In this document: positions 8,847-18,392 of the stretch, one piece after another
Numbering within the stretch: position 1 is the first letter of the stretch
Layout of the letters: every line of letters begins with the position of its first letter
Source of the DNA: Frankiales bacterium
GTDB lineage: Bacteria > Actinomycetota > Actinomycetes > Mycobacteriales > SCTD01
Direction: 5' to 3'
Assembly: GCA_025965755.1 (NCBI GenBank)
Contig: JAOPWI010000214.1
Span: 1 to 54,300, forward strand
Length of the DNA: 54,300 nt
Notes under the pieces: model-generated
Seen by the model: the letters and a program-made list of their open reading frames with translations, nothing else
The model's database searches: none
What the model was told of the DNA's origin: nothing
Translations under genes and position numbers: made by a program

Positions 8847-10097
8847 ATGCTAGGGGTCGTCAGCACGCCGGGCGGTGCCGACACCTACGGCAGCATGCGC
8901 AGCCGGCTCATGCACATCGCACGCCTGCTGGTCGGTGGCGTCGAGGTGGCCGAGGTTCTGCAGAACGTCGCTCGCGCAGCCTGCGAGGTGGCCGGTTACG
9001 ACCGCTGCGTCGTCGCGACGGCGGAGGGTCTGACGCTGCGCGGCCGGGCTGGGTACGGAGTCTCTGACGCCGATGTCGAGAGCATCGACCTGAGCCTGGC
9101 GGAGGTGCCCGAGCTGGCCCGCCTGCTGCCCGGCCGCGAGCCGCTCGTGCTCGTCGCCGAGGAGGTGGCGCGTGCCATCCCCGAGGACTACGTCGACCTG
9201 TTCGACATCGCGGGCACGCTGGTCGTCATCCCGCTGTCGTCGTCGTCGACGGATCTGCGCGGCCTCGTCTTCGTCGATCGCGCGGGCAAGCGCTTCACGC
9301 CGTCGCAGGACGAGCTGCGAGCACTGGTGGACTTCGCTGACGTCGCCGCACTGGTGCTGCAGAACGCGATCCTGTCGGAGGACAGCCGGGTGCTGGCGGC
9401 GGTCCTGGAGCGCAGCCGCATGGCCACCGGACTGCACGACGGCGTGACGCAGATGCTCTTCGCCGTCGACCTGGCCCTGCAGGAGGCGCTGGCGGTGCCC
9501 CGTCTGCCGGCCGGGGCCCGACAGCACATCGTGCGCGCGCAGCAGGACGTGGCCTCCAGCAGTCAGCAGCTGCGTGCTGCTCTCTTCGAGCTCACGCAGG
9601 AGCCGGAGCAGGTCCCCGCGGCGCGGCATGACGCGCAGCTCGCTCCCGCGCCGCCCCGCGACCAGGACCCATGGCTGAGCGACGTCCGCGTCATCGTGGA
9701 CGAGTTCTTCCGACGGTCCGGCATCGGCGTGGACTTGCAGGTGCGTGGCGAAGGCCGCAAGCCGCAGACCGCAGCCCTCGACATCTTGCTGCGCACGGTT
9801 CGTGAAGGTCTGGCGAACGTCGTCAAGCACGCCCAAGCGACCGAGGTGACGGTGGTGGTCCGGCGCAGCGACCACTGGTGGATGGCCGAGGTCCACGACG
9901 ACGGGGTCGCCGATCCGACTGCCCTGCGGCGAGCACTCGCGGTGGCGGGAGCACGCCCTGGGGCTGACAGCGGCTACGGGCTGCTGAGCCTCAAGCAGCA
10001 GGCCAGCCGGGTCGGCGGGCGCCTGTGGTTGTCGACGTCGACCCGGCTGCAGGGCCTGCAGGTGACCACGTCCGTGCCGACGGGGCCGGAGGCGTGA
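8847..10097 (+). CDS. GAF-domain sensor histidine kinase (HisKA_3 / NarX-DevS type)
   Basis: N-terminal GAF-like region. Phospho-His box LHDGVTQMLF. HATPase_c region (REGLANVVKHA ... GYGLLSL). ATG at 8847 is preceded by AGGAAGGGAG. The upstream part of the track ORF is not protein-like. Confidence 0.85.
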   Translation: MLGVVSTPGGADTYGSMRSRLMHIARLLVGGVEVAEVLQNVARAACEVAGYDRCVVATAEGLTLRGRAGYGVSDADVESIDLSLAEVPELARLLPGREPLVLVAEEVARAIPEDYVDLFDIAGTLVVIPLSSSSTDLRGLVFVDRAGKRFTPSQDELRALVDFADVAALVLQNAILSEDSRVLAAVLERSRMATGLHDGVTQMLFAVDLALQEALAVPRLPAGARQHIVRAQQDVASSSQQLRAALFELTQEPEQVPAARHDAQLAPAPPRDQDPWLSDVRVIVDEFFRRSGIGVDLQVRGEGRKPQTAALDILLRTVREGLANVVKHAQATEVTVVVRRSDHWWMAEVHDDGVADPTALRRALAVAGARPGADSGYGLLSLKQQASRVGGRLWLSTSTRLQGLQVTTSVPTGPEA

Positions 10098-10708
10098 CGC
10101 TCACCGTCGCGGTCCTCGACGACCACGAGGTCGTGCTGGAGGGGCTGATCCGTGGGTTGGAGCGCCACGGGGTCGACGTGGTGGTCAACGAGACGGCAGC
10201 CACGCCGTACCTGGTGGAGGTCGAGCGCCATCGGCCCGCTGTCTGCCTGGTCGACCTGCGTCTCGGAGGTGAGGTCACCGGCTTCGACGTCGTCGCCCGC
10301 TGCCGCGAGCTCTCGCCGGACAGCCGCGTCGCCGTTCTGACGAGCAACGAGGACCCACGTGCTGCCGCGCGCGCCATCGAGGCCGGTGCCTCCGGGTACC
10401 TGCTGAAGGACATCGCGATGAAGCAGCTGGTCGACCGGCTGGAGGCGGTGCGCGACGGGAACCTCGTCCTCGACGAGAGGGTGGCCGAGGGCGTGCTGCG
10501 CCCGCAGCCCGGCACACGCAGTCCGCAGAACCGGCAACTCCTCAAGCTGGTGGCCGCCGGGCTGACCAACCGCCAGATCGGCGCGGAGATGCACCTGTCT
10601 CCGCACACCGTCAAGGAGTACTTGAGCAAGATCATGCGTGAGCTGGGGACCCACACTCGAGCGGAGACGGTCGCGACGGCGTCCCAGCGCGGCCTGCTCG
10701 ACGACTGA
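10094..10708 (+). CDS. NarL/LuxR-family response regulator (DevR/DosR-like)
   Basis: GTGA overlap with the kinase stop. REC motifs LDDHEVV, LVDLRL, GASGYLLKD. C-terminal LuxR HTH GLTNRQIGAEMHLSPHTVKEYLSKIM. Confidence 0.9.
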   Translation: MTLTVAVLDDHEVVLEGLIRGLERHGVDVVVNETAATPYLVEVERHRPAVCLVDLRLGGEVTGFDVVARCRELSPDSRVAVLTSNEDPRAAARAIEAGASGYLLKDIAMKQLVDRLEAVRDGNLVLDERVAEGVLRPQPGTRSPQNRQLLKLVAAGLTNRQIGAEMHLSPHTVKEYLSKIMRELGTHTRAETVATASQRGLLDD

Positions 10709-10714
10709 GCGCGT

Positions 10715-10951
10715 TCAGTCGCGCAGGACCCCCAGCGCCACGGCCGCCACCAGGCACAGACCTGCCCCCGCGCAGGCGACGCTGCCGCGACGGAGCATGC
10801 GGGCGCGCAGGTCGCGCTCGTGCTCGTCCAGCACCGCGGGCGCCAGGACGGGCGCGTTGCGCCACCCCCAGATGCCGAGGCCCAGGAGCACGAGGGCGAC
10901 CAACACCACGAGGGCTGTCGTGAGCGCAGTGGCTCCCGCGGTCCTCGTCAC
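10715..10951 (-). CDS. Small 2-TM membrane protein, last gene of the Mce operon
   Basis: 78 aa with two hydrophobic helices. GTGA start/stop overlap with the upstream PPIase gene. Confidence 0.55.
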   Translation of the reverse strand: MTRTAGATALTTALVVLVALVLLGLGIWGWRNAPVLAPAVLDEHERDLRARMLRRGSVACAGAGLCLVAAVALGVLRD

Positions 10952-12249
10952 CTGGGCGGCGTCGCGGTCGGGACCGTCGAGGCGGCCGGCGGAGTGGGCA
11001 CCCCGAGGTCGGGCTCGGGATCGGCCGGGCGGTAGTCGGCCGCGTACTCGACGTCCGCGTCCACGACCAGGTCGATCACGTGGTCCCGCCAGACAGCGAC
11101 AGCCCGTTCCGTCTCCTGCTGCTGGCGCAGCTGGTCTCGCACCTGCTCGAAGGTGCTGGGGGCGCTTGGCACGACGCGGTCGACGCGACCGAGGTGCCAG
11201 CCCAGGGACGTCTGCACAGGCCCGAACAGGGCGCGCGCGGGCACGGCGAAAGCAGCAGCGGCGAAGGCGGGGTCGAGCTCCGCAGCAGTGAGCAGGCCCA
11301 GCTCACCGCCCTTGTCCTTGGTGCTGGTGTCGAGCGAGGTCTGTGCCGCGACAGCGGTGAGGTCCTGGCCGGCGCGCAGTCTGCGCAGAACTGCCTGTGC
11401 GACCGCCTGTTCCGCCACGACGATGTGCCGGACCTGCCGCCGCTCCGGCACGGCGTACGTGGCCGGGTCCGCTGAGAACATCGCCTGCAGCTCGGCGTCG
11501 GTGACCTCGACCTCGTCGGTCGTGCGGTCGAACAGGTCTCGCACCTCGAGCTGGCGGCGGATCTCGGCGAGCACGTCCTTCTCCCCCACCCCCTGCGCCC
11601 CGAGCGCCTGCACGTACGCGGCCCGGCCGCCCTGCGGGTAGCGCTGGAGCAGGAAGCGGTCGAGGGCGTCGCTCACCGTCTTGTCGGCGATGCGGATGTC
11701 CTGTGCGCGCGCGGCGTCATCCAGGACGAGGCTGATGGCCATCGCCTTGGCGGTGTCCCTGCGGAAGCGGTCGAGGCCGGCGGCGTCCTCGGGCACCTGC
11801 ACCCCGTACAGCGCCCGCAGGACGTCGGTGCGTCGCTGGACCGCGGCCTCCGTGACCACGCGGTCCCCCACCCGAAAAGCCGCATCCTGCGGGAGGCCGG
11901 CCCACGGCGCCCAGCGCACCAGGCCGGCCGCACCGACCGCGACGACCAGCACGGCGAGCAGGGCCACCTTCGCCGTCCGACGGGAGCGGGCAGCCGGAGC
12001 GGGTCCCCCGTCCGCGACGGGGGGTGTGACCGCTTCCGCCACGCTCTCGCTGTCGGCACCAGGGAGCGACGCACGGCTGCCCTGCGTCCGGGCGACGTCG
12101 GGCGTCGGCGGGCCGACCTGGACGGCCTCAGCGAGCTGCTCCAGCTGCGGCGGGGTCGCCCCGTGCTTGGCGCGACCCTCGTGGGTGTCGTCGGCGACGC
12201 CGACCGCGGTCGTGTCGCTCCCGGGTTCTTCGACGTTGCTGTCGCTCAT
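10948..12249 (-). CDS. Membrane-anchored peptidyl-prolyl cis-trans isomerase (parvulin/PpiC domain, PrsA/SurA-like)
   Basis: N-terminal TM (AKVALLAVLVVAVGAAGLV). C-terminal rotamase region RQVRHIVV...GGELGLL...FGPVQTSLGWHL. Start set at the ATG at 12249, which overlaps the MMPL stop as ATGA. Confidence 0.8.
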   Translation of the reverse strand: MSDSNVEEPGSDTTAVGVADDTHEGRAKHGATPPQLEQLAEAVQVGPPTPDVARTQGSRASLPGADSESVAEAVTPPVADGGPAPAARSRRTAKVALLAVLVVAVGAAGLVRWAPWAGLPQDAAFRVGDRVVTEAAVQRRTDVLRALYGVQVPEDAAGLDRFRRDTAKAMAISLVLDDAARAQDIRIADKTVSDALDRFLLQRYPQGGRAAYVQALGAQGVGEKDVLAEIRRQLEVRDLFDRTTDEVEVTDAELQAMFSADPATYAVPERRQVRHIVVAEQAVAQAVLRRLRAGQDLTAVAAQTSLDTSTKDKGGELGLLTAAELDPAFAAAAFAVPARALFGPVQTSLGWHLGRVDRVVPSAPSTFEQVRDQLRQQQETERAVAVWRDHVIDLVVDADVEYAADYRPADPEPDLGVPTPPAASTVPTATPPR

Positions 12250-14561
12250 CGGGTGGCCAGCTCCGGTTCCGGAGTGCTCGTCCTGCACGTGTTCTCATCC
12301 TTCGTGTCCGTCTTGCTCTTGGCAGCCCCTGCACAGGCGACGACGAGGGCACTGCTCATGTAGGCGAGCAGGAGCGACCCGACGAGGACGAGGCCGAACT
12401 CCTGGATCACCCGGAGGTCGCTCGCGAGCAGGGCCAGGAAGCCGGCGACCCCGGTGGCCGCCGCGACGCCCACGGCGTGCTGCACGGGCCGGTGCCCGGA
12501 CTGCCGCGCGTACAGCCCGAGCAGGGTGAACTCGCAACCGACGGCGGCGACCAGCGCACCGAGCGAGGTGGTCAGCGGTGACACGCCGAGCCCGCTGACG
12601 GCGAGGGCGGCGAAGCCCCAGCCGGCGGCCAGGCCGGCCGCGAGCAGCGCCCACAGCGCGTCCCGCCGCCGTCTCAGCCCGAGAGCGGCCACCACGGTGA
12701 GCACGGCCAGGGCGATCAGGTTGGGCAGGACGCGGTCGCGCGTCAGGGCGTCGTAGCCCTCAACGGCCACGACCGGCAGGCCGGCGACCCGCACGCTCGC
12801 TCCGGGCGGAGGCGGGGGCAGGGCGGCGCGCACGTCGTCGAGCAGGACCTGCAGCTGCGCCAGGTCAGCGATGCGGATGCCGAGCGTCACGACCGACTCG
12901 CGCCGGTCACTGCGCACCACCGCCCCGAGCAGGTACGGCGGTACGAGGTCAGCCGCTGCGAGGACCTGGCTGGACGTCGGGGACGGACCGACGAAGCCCA
13001 GCAGCGTGTCTGGGCTCGCGAGGACGCGCAGCCGGTCCCCCAGCCTGACGACGAGAGCCTCCTCGGCGGCCCGGCTCCAGGCCAGGGCCTCGGGGGCGAG
13101 CACGTCGGGCGCGCGCAGGACCACCGCGACCTCGCCGGTAGCGCCGAGGACGCGCTCCGCCTGCTCGGCCTCGTGGACGGCCGGCAGACCTCTCGCAGTG
13201 CTCTGCGGACTGGCCTCGACCTCCAGCCGGGGCAGGCTCCACCAGCCTCCTGCGGCGAGCACCGTCCCGGCCAGGAGCAGCGCGAGCAGCCGAGGCCGAC
13301 GCGACGGAGCCCGCACCGGCTCCCCGACAGGGACGGCCGCGGATCGCGCGCCGGCCGTAGCCCGTGGCGTCGTGACGAGCGCTACCGCGAGCGAGGCGAG
13401 CACCCCGAGCGCGAGGGCGAGACCGAGCCCGCGGACGAAGGGCAGCGGGGACAGCCCGAGGGAGGCGAAGGCGGCCGCGCTCGCCACGCCCACGACGACC
13501 ACGACGCGACGGTCTGGTCGACCGGCGAGGTAGACGGGGTAGTTGTTGCCGACACCGATGAGGATGGGCATCAGCGCCAGCATGCCGAGCGACAGCGGCG
13601 CACCCACGAGCCCGAGCACCGCGAGCGTCGTCGCGGTCGCCGTGACGGCGGCCAGCAGGGGCAGCAGTCGCGCACGACGCGGTCCGCGGCCCGTCCCGAG
13701 CAGCACCACGCCGACCAGGACGACCGCGAGCGCGCCGAGACCGGGCAGCTCGCGCCGCACGGTGTCCGCGAGCGCGGCGGACAGGACGGGCGTCCCGGTG
13801 ACCCGGACCTGCGCGCCGTCGAGGTCGGCTTCGCGCACAGCCGAGCGGACGGCTCGTGTCAACGCCTCGGTGTCCAGCTGGTCCAGGTCCTCGCGCGGAC
13901 GCACCAGGACGGCGACGCTGCGCGGCGACGGCAGCACGAACCGGTACTGCGGTCGCGGCCGCGCGTCGGGGCCGTACGCGACGCTCTTGACGAAGCCGGG
14001 GTTGCTCAACGTCGGCAGGCCCGCGTCGAGACCTCCGGCGAGCAGCGAGCCGTACCGCCGGTCGAACCCGGCGGTCGCACGGTCCCCCGCTGCCTGCACC
14101 TGCGCGGCGGACCCGCCCGCGTCCTGCGCCTTCTTGCGCGCCACGTCCCGTAGTCCGTCGCGGCGTCCGCTGATGCGTGCCAGCAGCTGCTGCGTCTGCG
14201 CCGCGACCTGGTTCAAGGAGGTGGCCGGTCCGTAGACGACGGCGACGTCCTCCAGCCCCGCCAGCCGACCCTCGAGCCGCAGGAGCTCCGGCAGCACCTC
14301 CGGCGACAGCATCCCGCCGTCGGTGCGCGCGGTGAGCAGCACGACGACGGGGTCTCCGCCGAAGGAGCTCTGCAGGTCCCGCAGGTCGTCGGCGCTGGTC
14401 GACGTCGCAGGCAGGAAGGACCGGATGCCGGTGTCCACCTCGAGCCGGACCAGGCCGGCGACGGCGAGCGCCCCGACGAGCAGGAGTCCGGCGGCCCGCC
14501 GCAGGGCGGGGGCTCCTGCCGCTCCTGCCCGCAACGGGCGCCCGGTTCGTCGCCACCTCAC
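12246..14561 (-). CDS. MMPL/RND-superfamily (HAE3-like) membrane transporter-like protein
   Basis: 771 aa. Two-fold repeat of large extracytoplasmic loops plus TM bundles. The N-terminal pattern VDTGIRSFLP..GGDPVVVLL is typical of MMPL/HpnN-like proteins. GTGA overlap with the last mce gene. Confidence 0.8.
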   Translation of the reverse strand: MRWRRTGRPLRAGAAGAPALRRAAGLLLVGALAVAGLVRLEVDTGIRSFLPATSTSADDLRDLQSSFGGDPVVVLLTARTDGGMLSPEVLPELLRLEGRLAGLEDVAVVYGPATSLNQVAAQTQQLLARISGRRDGLRDVARKKAQDAGGSAAQVQAAGDRATAGFDRRYGSLLAGGLDAGLPTLSNPGFVKSVAYGPDARPRPQYRFVLPSPRSVAVLVRPREDLDQLDTEALTRAVRSAVREADLDGAQVRVTGTPVLSAALADTVRRELPGLGALAVVLVGVVLLGTGRGPRRARLLPLLAAVTATATTLAVLGLVGAPLSLGMLALMPILIGVGNNYPVYLAGRPDRRVVVVVGVASAAAFASLGLSPLPFVRGLGLALALGVLASLAVALVTTPRATAGARSAAVPVGEPVRAPSRRPRLLALLLAGTVLAAGGWWSLPRLEVEASPQSTARGLPAVHEAEQAERVLGATGEVAVVLRAPDVLAPEALAWSRAAEEALVVRLGDRLRVLASPDTLLGFVGPSPTSSQVLAAADLVPPYLLGAVVRSDRRESVVTLGIRIADLAQLQVLLDDVRAALPPPPPGASVRVAGLPVVAVEGYDALTRDRVLPNLIALAVLTVVAALGLRRRRDALWALLAAGLAAGWGFAALAVSGLGVSPLTTSLGALVAAVGCEFTLLGLYARQSGHRPVQHAVGVAAATGVAGFLALLASDLRVIQEFGLVLVGSLLLAYMSSALVVACAGAAKSKTDTKDENTCRTSTPEPELATR

Positions 14562-15853
14562 TCGCGCTCCTCGACCACCCGGGTGTAGTCGCCGTCGAAC
14601 GGCCCCGGGCTCGCCGCTTGCCCGGGGCGGGGATAGGCGTTGGACTTGTCGAGGGCCCCGGTGTTCGTGGCGTAGGGCAGTCCTCGCACGGACTGCTCGT
14701 TGGCGATGGCGAACACCCGCAGGTAGTGGCCGTTCGCGTCCGACTGACGCAGGTTCGCCGAGAAGTTGGAGAAGAAGGCCCCGAGGTCGGCGCCGTAGGG
14801 CTGCAGGTAGGCCAACATCGGGTTCAGGTCCGCGAGGGCGACACGTGCGCGCGGTACGAGGGCCTGTCCCTGCTTCGCGAGCCGCGGCGTGCGCTGCAGC
14901 GTGGCCGGCGCCTTGTCCAGCACGCCCTGCAGCGCCGGCACCGACGACCGGAGCTCGCGTGCCGTCGCCGGCAGCTCGAGCAGGGCGGCGTCCAGGGCGG
15001 GCGCCGCCAGGCGCAGGTCCGCGGCGACCGGCGCCAGCACGGTCGCCAGCTCCTGCAGGTCGCGGGTCGCGGTGGTGGCGGACGAGGCGAGCCCCGGGAG
15101 TGCCTGCACGGACGAGGCCACGTCGGTCGACCGTGCGGCCGTGACTGAGGACAGCTGCTGCGCCGACTCGACGAGGCGGGTGATGTCGCCGTGTCCGCCG
15201 TCGAGCGCGCTCAGCAGGACGGCGGTCTGCCGTGACAGGGCCGTCAGGTCGGCCGACTGAGCGGCGAGAGCGTCGACGGTGGTCGCGCCCTCACGGCCGA
15301 GCCCGCCTGCTCCTTCGAGCAGAGCGTCGAGGTCGGCGCCGCGCCCGTCCGTGCTCCTGGCCAGGGACTGGACCGTCTGCTGCAGCGCGGTCCTCGTCTT
15401 CGGGTCCAGGGAGCGCAGGACGTCGTCGAGCTGGACGGAGGCCAGCTCGGCCGTCGCCGGCAGCGTGCCGCCGTCCTCGATCTGGGGCCCGCTGCCGTCC
15501 ACGACTTCGAGGTAGGACTCCTCGATCAGGGTCTTGCTGCGCAGGCGGAGCGTGGCGCCCTGGTGCAGGGGAGCCGTGTCCTCGTCCAGCTGCATGACCA
15601 CGCGGGCGGCCCCGTCCCGCGTCTCCAGCTCCCGCACCTTGCCGGCCAGGACGCCGGCGATGCGCACGTCCGAGTCGTAGGACAGGTTCTGCACGTCCGA
15701 GACCGTGGCAGCCACGCGGTACCCCTCGGTGAGGGGCCCGAGCTGACCGCCCATCTTCACCCACATGAACAGGAAGAACGCGAGGCAGGCCAGGAGGAAG
15801 GCGAGCACCACGCCCAGCCGGACCTTCGGGAGCGACGCTGCGGGGATCCTCAT
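14558..15853 (-). CDS. Mce-family substrate-binding protein (6th of 6, MceF position)
   Basis: N-terminal TM, then an MCE domain (..DVRIAGVLAGKVRELE..), then a long helical region. 4-nt overlaps with both neighbours. Confidence 0.85.
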   Translation of the reverse strand: MRIPAASLPKVRLGVVLAFLLACLAFFLFMWVKMGGQLGPLTEGYRVAATVSDVQNLSYDSDVRIAGVLAGKVRELETRDGAARVVMQLDEDTAPLHQGATLRLRSKTLIEESYLEVVDGSGPQIEDGGTLPATAELASVQLDDVLRSLDPKTRTALQQTVQSLARSTDGRGADLDALLEGAGGLGREGATTVDALAAQSADLTALSRQTAVLLSALDGGHGDITRLVESAQQLSSVTAARSTDVASSVQALPGLASSATTATRDLQELATVLAPVAADLRLAAPALDAALLELPATARELRSSVPALQGVLDKAPATLQRTPRLAKQGQALVPRARVALADLNPMLAYLQPYGADLGAFFSNFSANLRQSDANGHYLRVFAIANEQSVRGLPYATNTGALDKSNAYPRPGQAASPGPFDGDYTRVVEERE

Positions 15854-17115
15854 CGGGTGGTGCCCTTCTCGGCAGCGCTGACGTCGGGCAGGCCCATCGG
15901 GACGGAGTTGGGGCTGACCTGGAACAGGCCGCGCAGGATGCCTCCGTTGGCGTCCTCCAGGCTCGTCACGCTCGTCGTGTTGTAGACGAAGTCCTTGACG
16001 TCAGGGAGGTACTCCACGAGCTCGGCGGTGGCCGCGTCGGCTCGGCTGGTCACCCGACGGACGTCGGACAGGACGGGCCGCAGGTCAGCCAGGACCGGGC
16101 GCAGGTCGGCCACGAGGGGCCGGGCCTGCCGCGCCAGCGGGCCCGCGACGTCGAGCGTGCTGTCCAGCCGCCCGACCGTCTTCTGCAGCTGGTCGAGGGC
16201 GGCCGGGAGCTCCTCGCTGGCACCGCTGAGCGCGTCCAGAGCCGGGTCGAGCTCCTCGGTCAGGGCGCTCACGCTGGTCGTCGCCCGCTGCAGCTCCGCC
16301 GTGACGCCCGGCAGCTCGGCGAGAGCGGCGTCCAGCTCGTCGTCGCTGTCGCGCAGGACGGACAGGGTGGCCCGCGCGTCGGAGACGAGCGAGGTCAGAC
16401 GGACGTCGTCGCGGCCGGCGGCCGCCGCGATGTCGGACAGGGAGGTGACGAGCCGGCGGATCGTGTCGCGGCGCTGCGCCAGCTGCTCGACGACCGGTTG
16501 CAGCGACGTCAGGGTGCCGTCCGCAGCCTCGAGGCCGGGGGGCAGGTCGACGGCAGCGTTGGCCAGCCCGACGTCGGCCTCAGCCAGGAGGCTGCCGACC
16601 GCCGTGCGCGACTCCTCGTCGAGGTGCTGGAGGACCTCGTCCACCTGCTCGGGGTCCTCGGTCTGGCTGGCCGGGATGACGCCACCCTCGCGGAGCGGCT
16701 TGCCGGGTGCGCCTCCAGCCGCGACCTCGACGTACATCTCGTTCAGCGGGCTCTTGGGCCGCAGAACGAGACGCGCGTTGTCGTAGACCCGGCTCGCTCG
16801 GTCGCCATCGAGCTTGAGCGTGAGGCGGGCGCGGCCGTCGTCCGTGACGTCAGCGCCCACGATGTCGCCGACGGTGACGCCGGCCATGCGCACCTCCTGA
16901 CCGTTGCCGGGGCTGATACCGGGTGCTTCCTCGAAGTCCGCCGCGAAGGTGAAGCTGTCGTCCCAGGGCGAGGAGACCCGCTGCTGGCTGAGGATGTAGC
17001 CCCCGACGACGAGACCCAGGACGACGAGTCCGGCGATCACGGCGGTGTCCCGAGGGAGGCCAGGGGTGCGGCGCAGCCGGTCGAGCAGCCGGGAGGTGCG
17101 GGTGGGGCTGCTCAC
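15850..17115 (-). CDS. Mce-family substrate-binding protein (5th, MceE position)
   Basis: GTG at 17115 forms a GTGA overlap with the upstream stop. TM AVIAGLVVLGLVVGGYIL, then an MCE domain (VRMAGVTVGDIVG). The N-terminal 460 aa of the track ORF is Arg/Pro junk read across the neighbouring gene. Confidence 0.85.
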   Translation of the reverse strand: MSSPTRTSRLLDRLRRTPGLPRDTAVIAGLVVLGLVVGGYILSQQRVSSPWDDSFTFAADFEEAPGISPGNGQEVRMAGVTVGDIVGADVTDDGRARLTLKLDGDRASRVYDNARLVLRPKSPLNEMYVEVAAGGAPGKPLREGGVIPASQTEDPEQVDEVLQHLDEESRTAVGSLLAEADVGLANAAVDLPPGLEAADGTLTSLQPVVEQLAQRRDTIRRLVTSLSDIAAAAGRDDVRLTSLVSDARATLSVLRDSDDELDAALAELPGVTAELQRATTSVSALTEELDPALDALSGASEELPAALDQLQKTVGRLDSTLDVAGPLARQARPLVADLRPVLADLRPVLSDVRRVTSRADAATAELVEYLPDVKDFVYNTTSVTSLEDANGGILRGLFQVSPNSVPMGLPDVSAAEKGTTR

Positions 17116-18392
17116 GGTGTGGTCCCTTCGAGGCCGAGCAGGTCGGCGAACAGGGCGTCGACCGGCAGGGGCGGGACGCCGCCGACGCTCTCGGTGCCCG
17201 GGCCGGGGTGGAAGGCGAGGGTCGCGCCGTTGGCATCGGTCATCTTCGCGGTGGCGGCCAGCCCGGCGAACATGTAGCCGAGCTCCTGATAGAGCGGCGT
17301 CTTCCCGCGGTAGGGGCTCAGGACGGCCTTGAGGACGGGGCCGCGCAGACGGTCGACGACCGGGCCGCGGACGTCCTCCGTGACCTGCTCCGCCTGGCGC
17401 ACCACGGGAACAGCGTCGACCAGCATCGGACGCAGGTCGCGGGCCAGCAGCCGGACGTCGGCCACGACGGGGCGGGCCTCGGCGAGGACAGGCCGTGCGG
17501 CCCGCAGGAGCTGCGCGCCCTCCCTCATCGTGGCCTGGAGTCGGGGCGCGGTGTCCTGAACCTTGGTCAGCGTGCGGTCGAGGCGGGTCAGGGCAGCCCG
17601 GGTGACCTCGAGGGTCCGCGGCGCGGCCACGATCGTGCGGGCGATCGCCTCCCGCTGTCCGTTCAGCACTCCGGTCGCGCCTGCACCGGCCCGGAGCATG
17701 CCGTCGAGCTCGCCCTGCTCGGCGGACAGCGCACGGCCCGTGTCCTCGAGGCCTTGGACGAGGGACGACAGGTCGTCCTCCGGCTCCGAGCCGCGGAGGG
17801 CCTGCAGGACCTGGCCGGCCGGCTGCAGCGTGTCGGGGGCACGTTCGACCAGGGCCTGGGCGGCCGCTGCACCCCGCGGCTGCGTCGCGCCCTCGAGCTG
17901 CGTGATGGACGTCCTGAGGCCGTCCCTCTGCTCCGGCCCGATCTGCTCGAGGACCCGGTCGAGCTCGACGGGGACCGTGGTGCGGGCGGCCGGGACACGG
18001 CCGACGGGCTTGCCCGGGTCCCCGCCGGGCGAGAGCGCGACGTAGTAGTTCCCACCCAGCAGCGTGGTCGGACGGATGGCTGCGCTCGGGCTGGTTCCCA
18101 GCTTGGCCAGCGTGCCCTTGTCGAGCTTGACCGTCAGCAGGGCGTTCTCCCCCGCCTTCTCCACGCCGGTCACCACGCCGACCGGCACGCCGGCCACCTT
18201 GACCCGGCTCTGGTTGTCCCGGAGCCGGTAGTCCCGCTCGGCCTCGATGAGCAGCGTGTCGCCGGAGGCGAGCCGGACCGCGAGGGCGGACTTGTTGAAG
18301 AGCAGCACGCCGACGAGGGCGGCGACGCTCAGGAGCAGGGCCCCCAGCTGCAGCCGGCTCAGCCGTGGCAGTCGGCCTGTGAGCGCCTTCAT
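17112..18392 (-). CDS. Mce-family substrate-binding protein (4th, MceD position)
   Basis: TM plus MCE domain (VKVAGVPVGVVTGVE). 426 aa. Overlapping start and stop codons. Confidence 0.85.
   Translation of the reverse strand: MKALTGRLPRLSRLQLGALLLSVAALVGVLLFNKSALAVRLASGDTLLIEAERDYRLRDNQSRVKVAGVPVGVVTGVEKAGENALLTVKLDKGTLAKLGTSPSAAIRPTTLLGGNYYVALSPGGDPGKPVGRVPAARTTVPVELDRVLEQIGPEQRDGLRTSITQLEGATQPRGAAAAQALVERAPDTLQPAGQVLQALRGSEPEDDLSSLVQGLEDTGRALSAEQGELDGMLRAGAGATGVLNGQREAIARTIVAAPRTLEVTRAALTRLDRTLTKVQDTAPRLQATMREGAQLLRAARPVLAEARPVVADVRLLARDLRPMLVDAVPVVRQAEQVTEDVRGPVVDRLRGPVLKAVLSPYRGKTPLYQELGYMFAGLAATAKMTDANGATLAFHPGPGTESVGGVPPLPVDALFADLLGLEGTTP

Noticed and set aside
10702-10721. Hairpin CGACTGA-gcgcgt-TCAGTCG containing both stop codons of the convergent LuxR regulator and 2-TM genes (possible bidirectional terminator)
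   Set aside because: It has only a 7-bp stem and no U-tract. It may simply reflect two facing TGA codons. Too weak to call.
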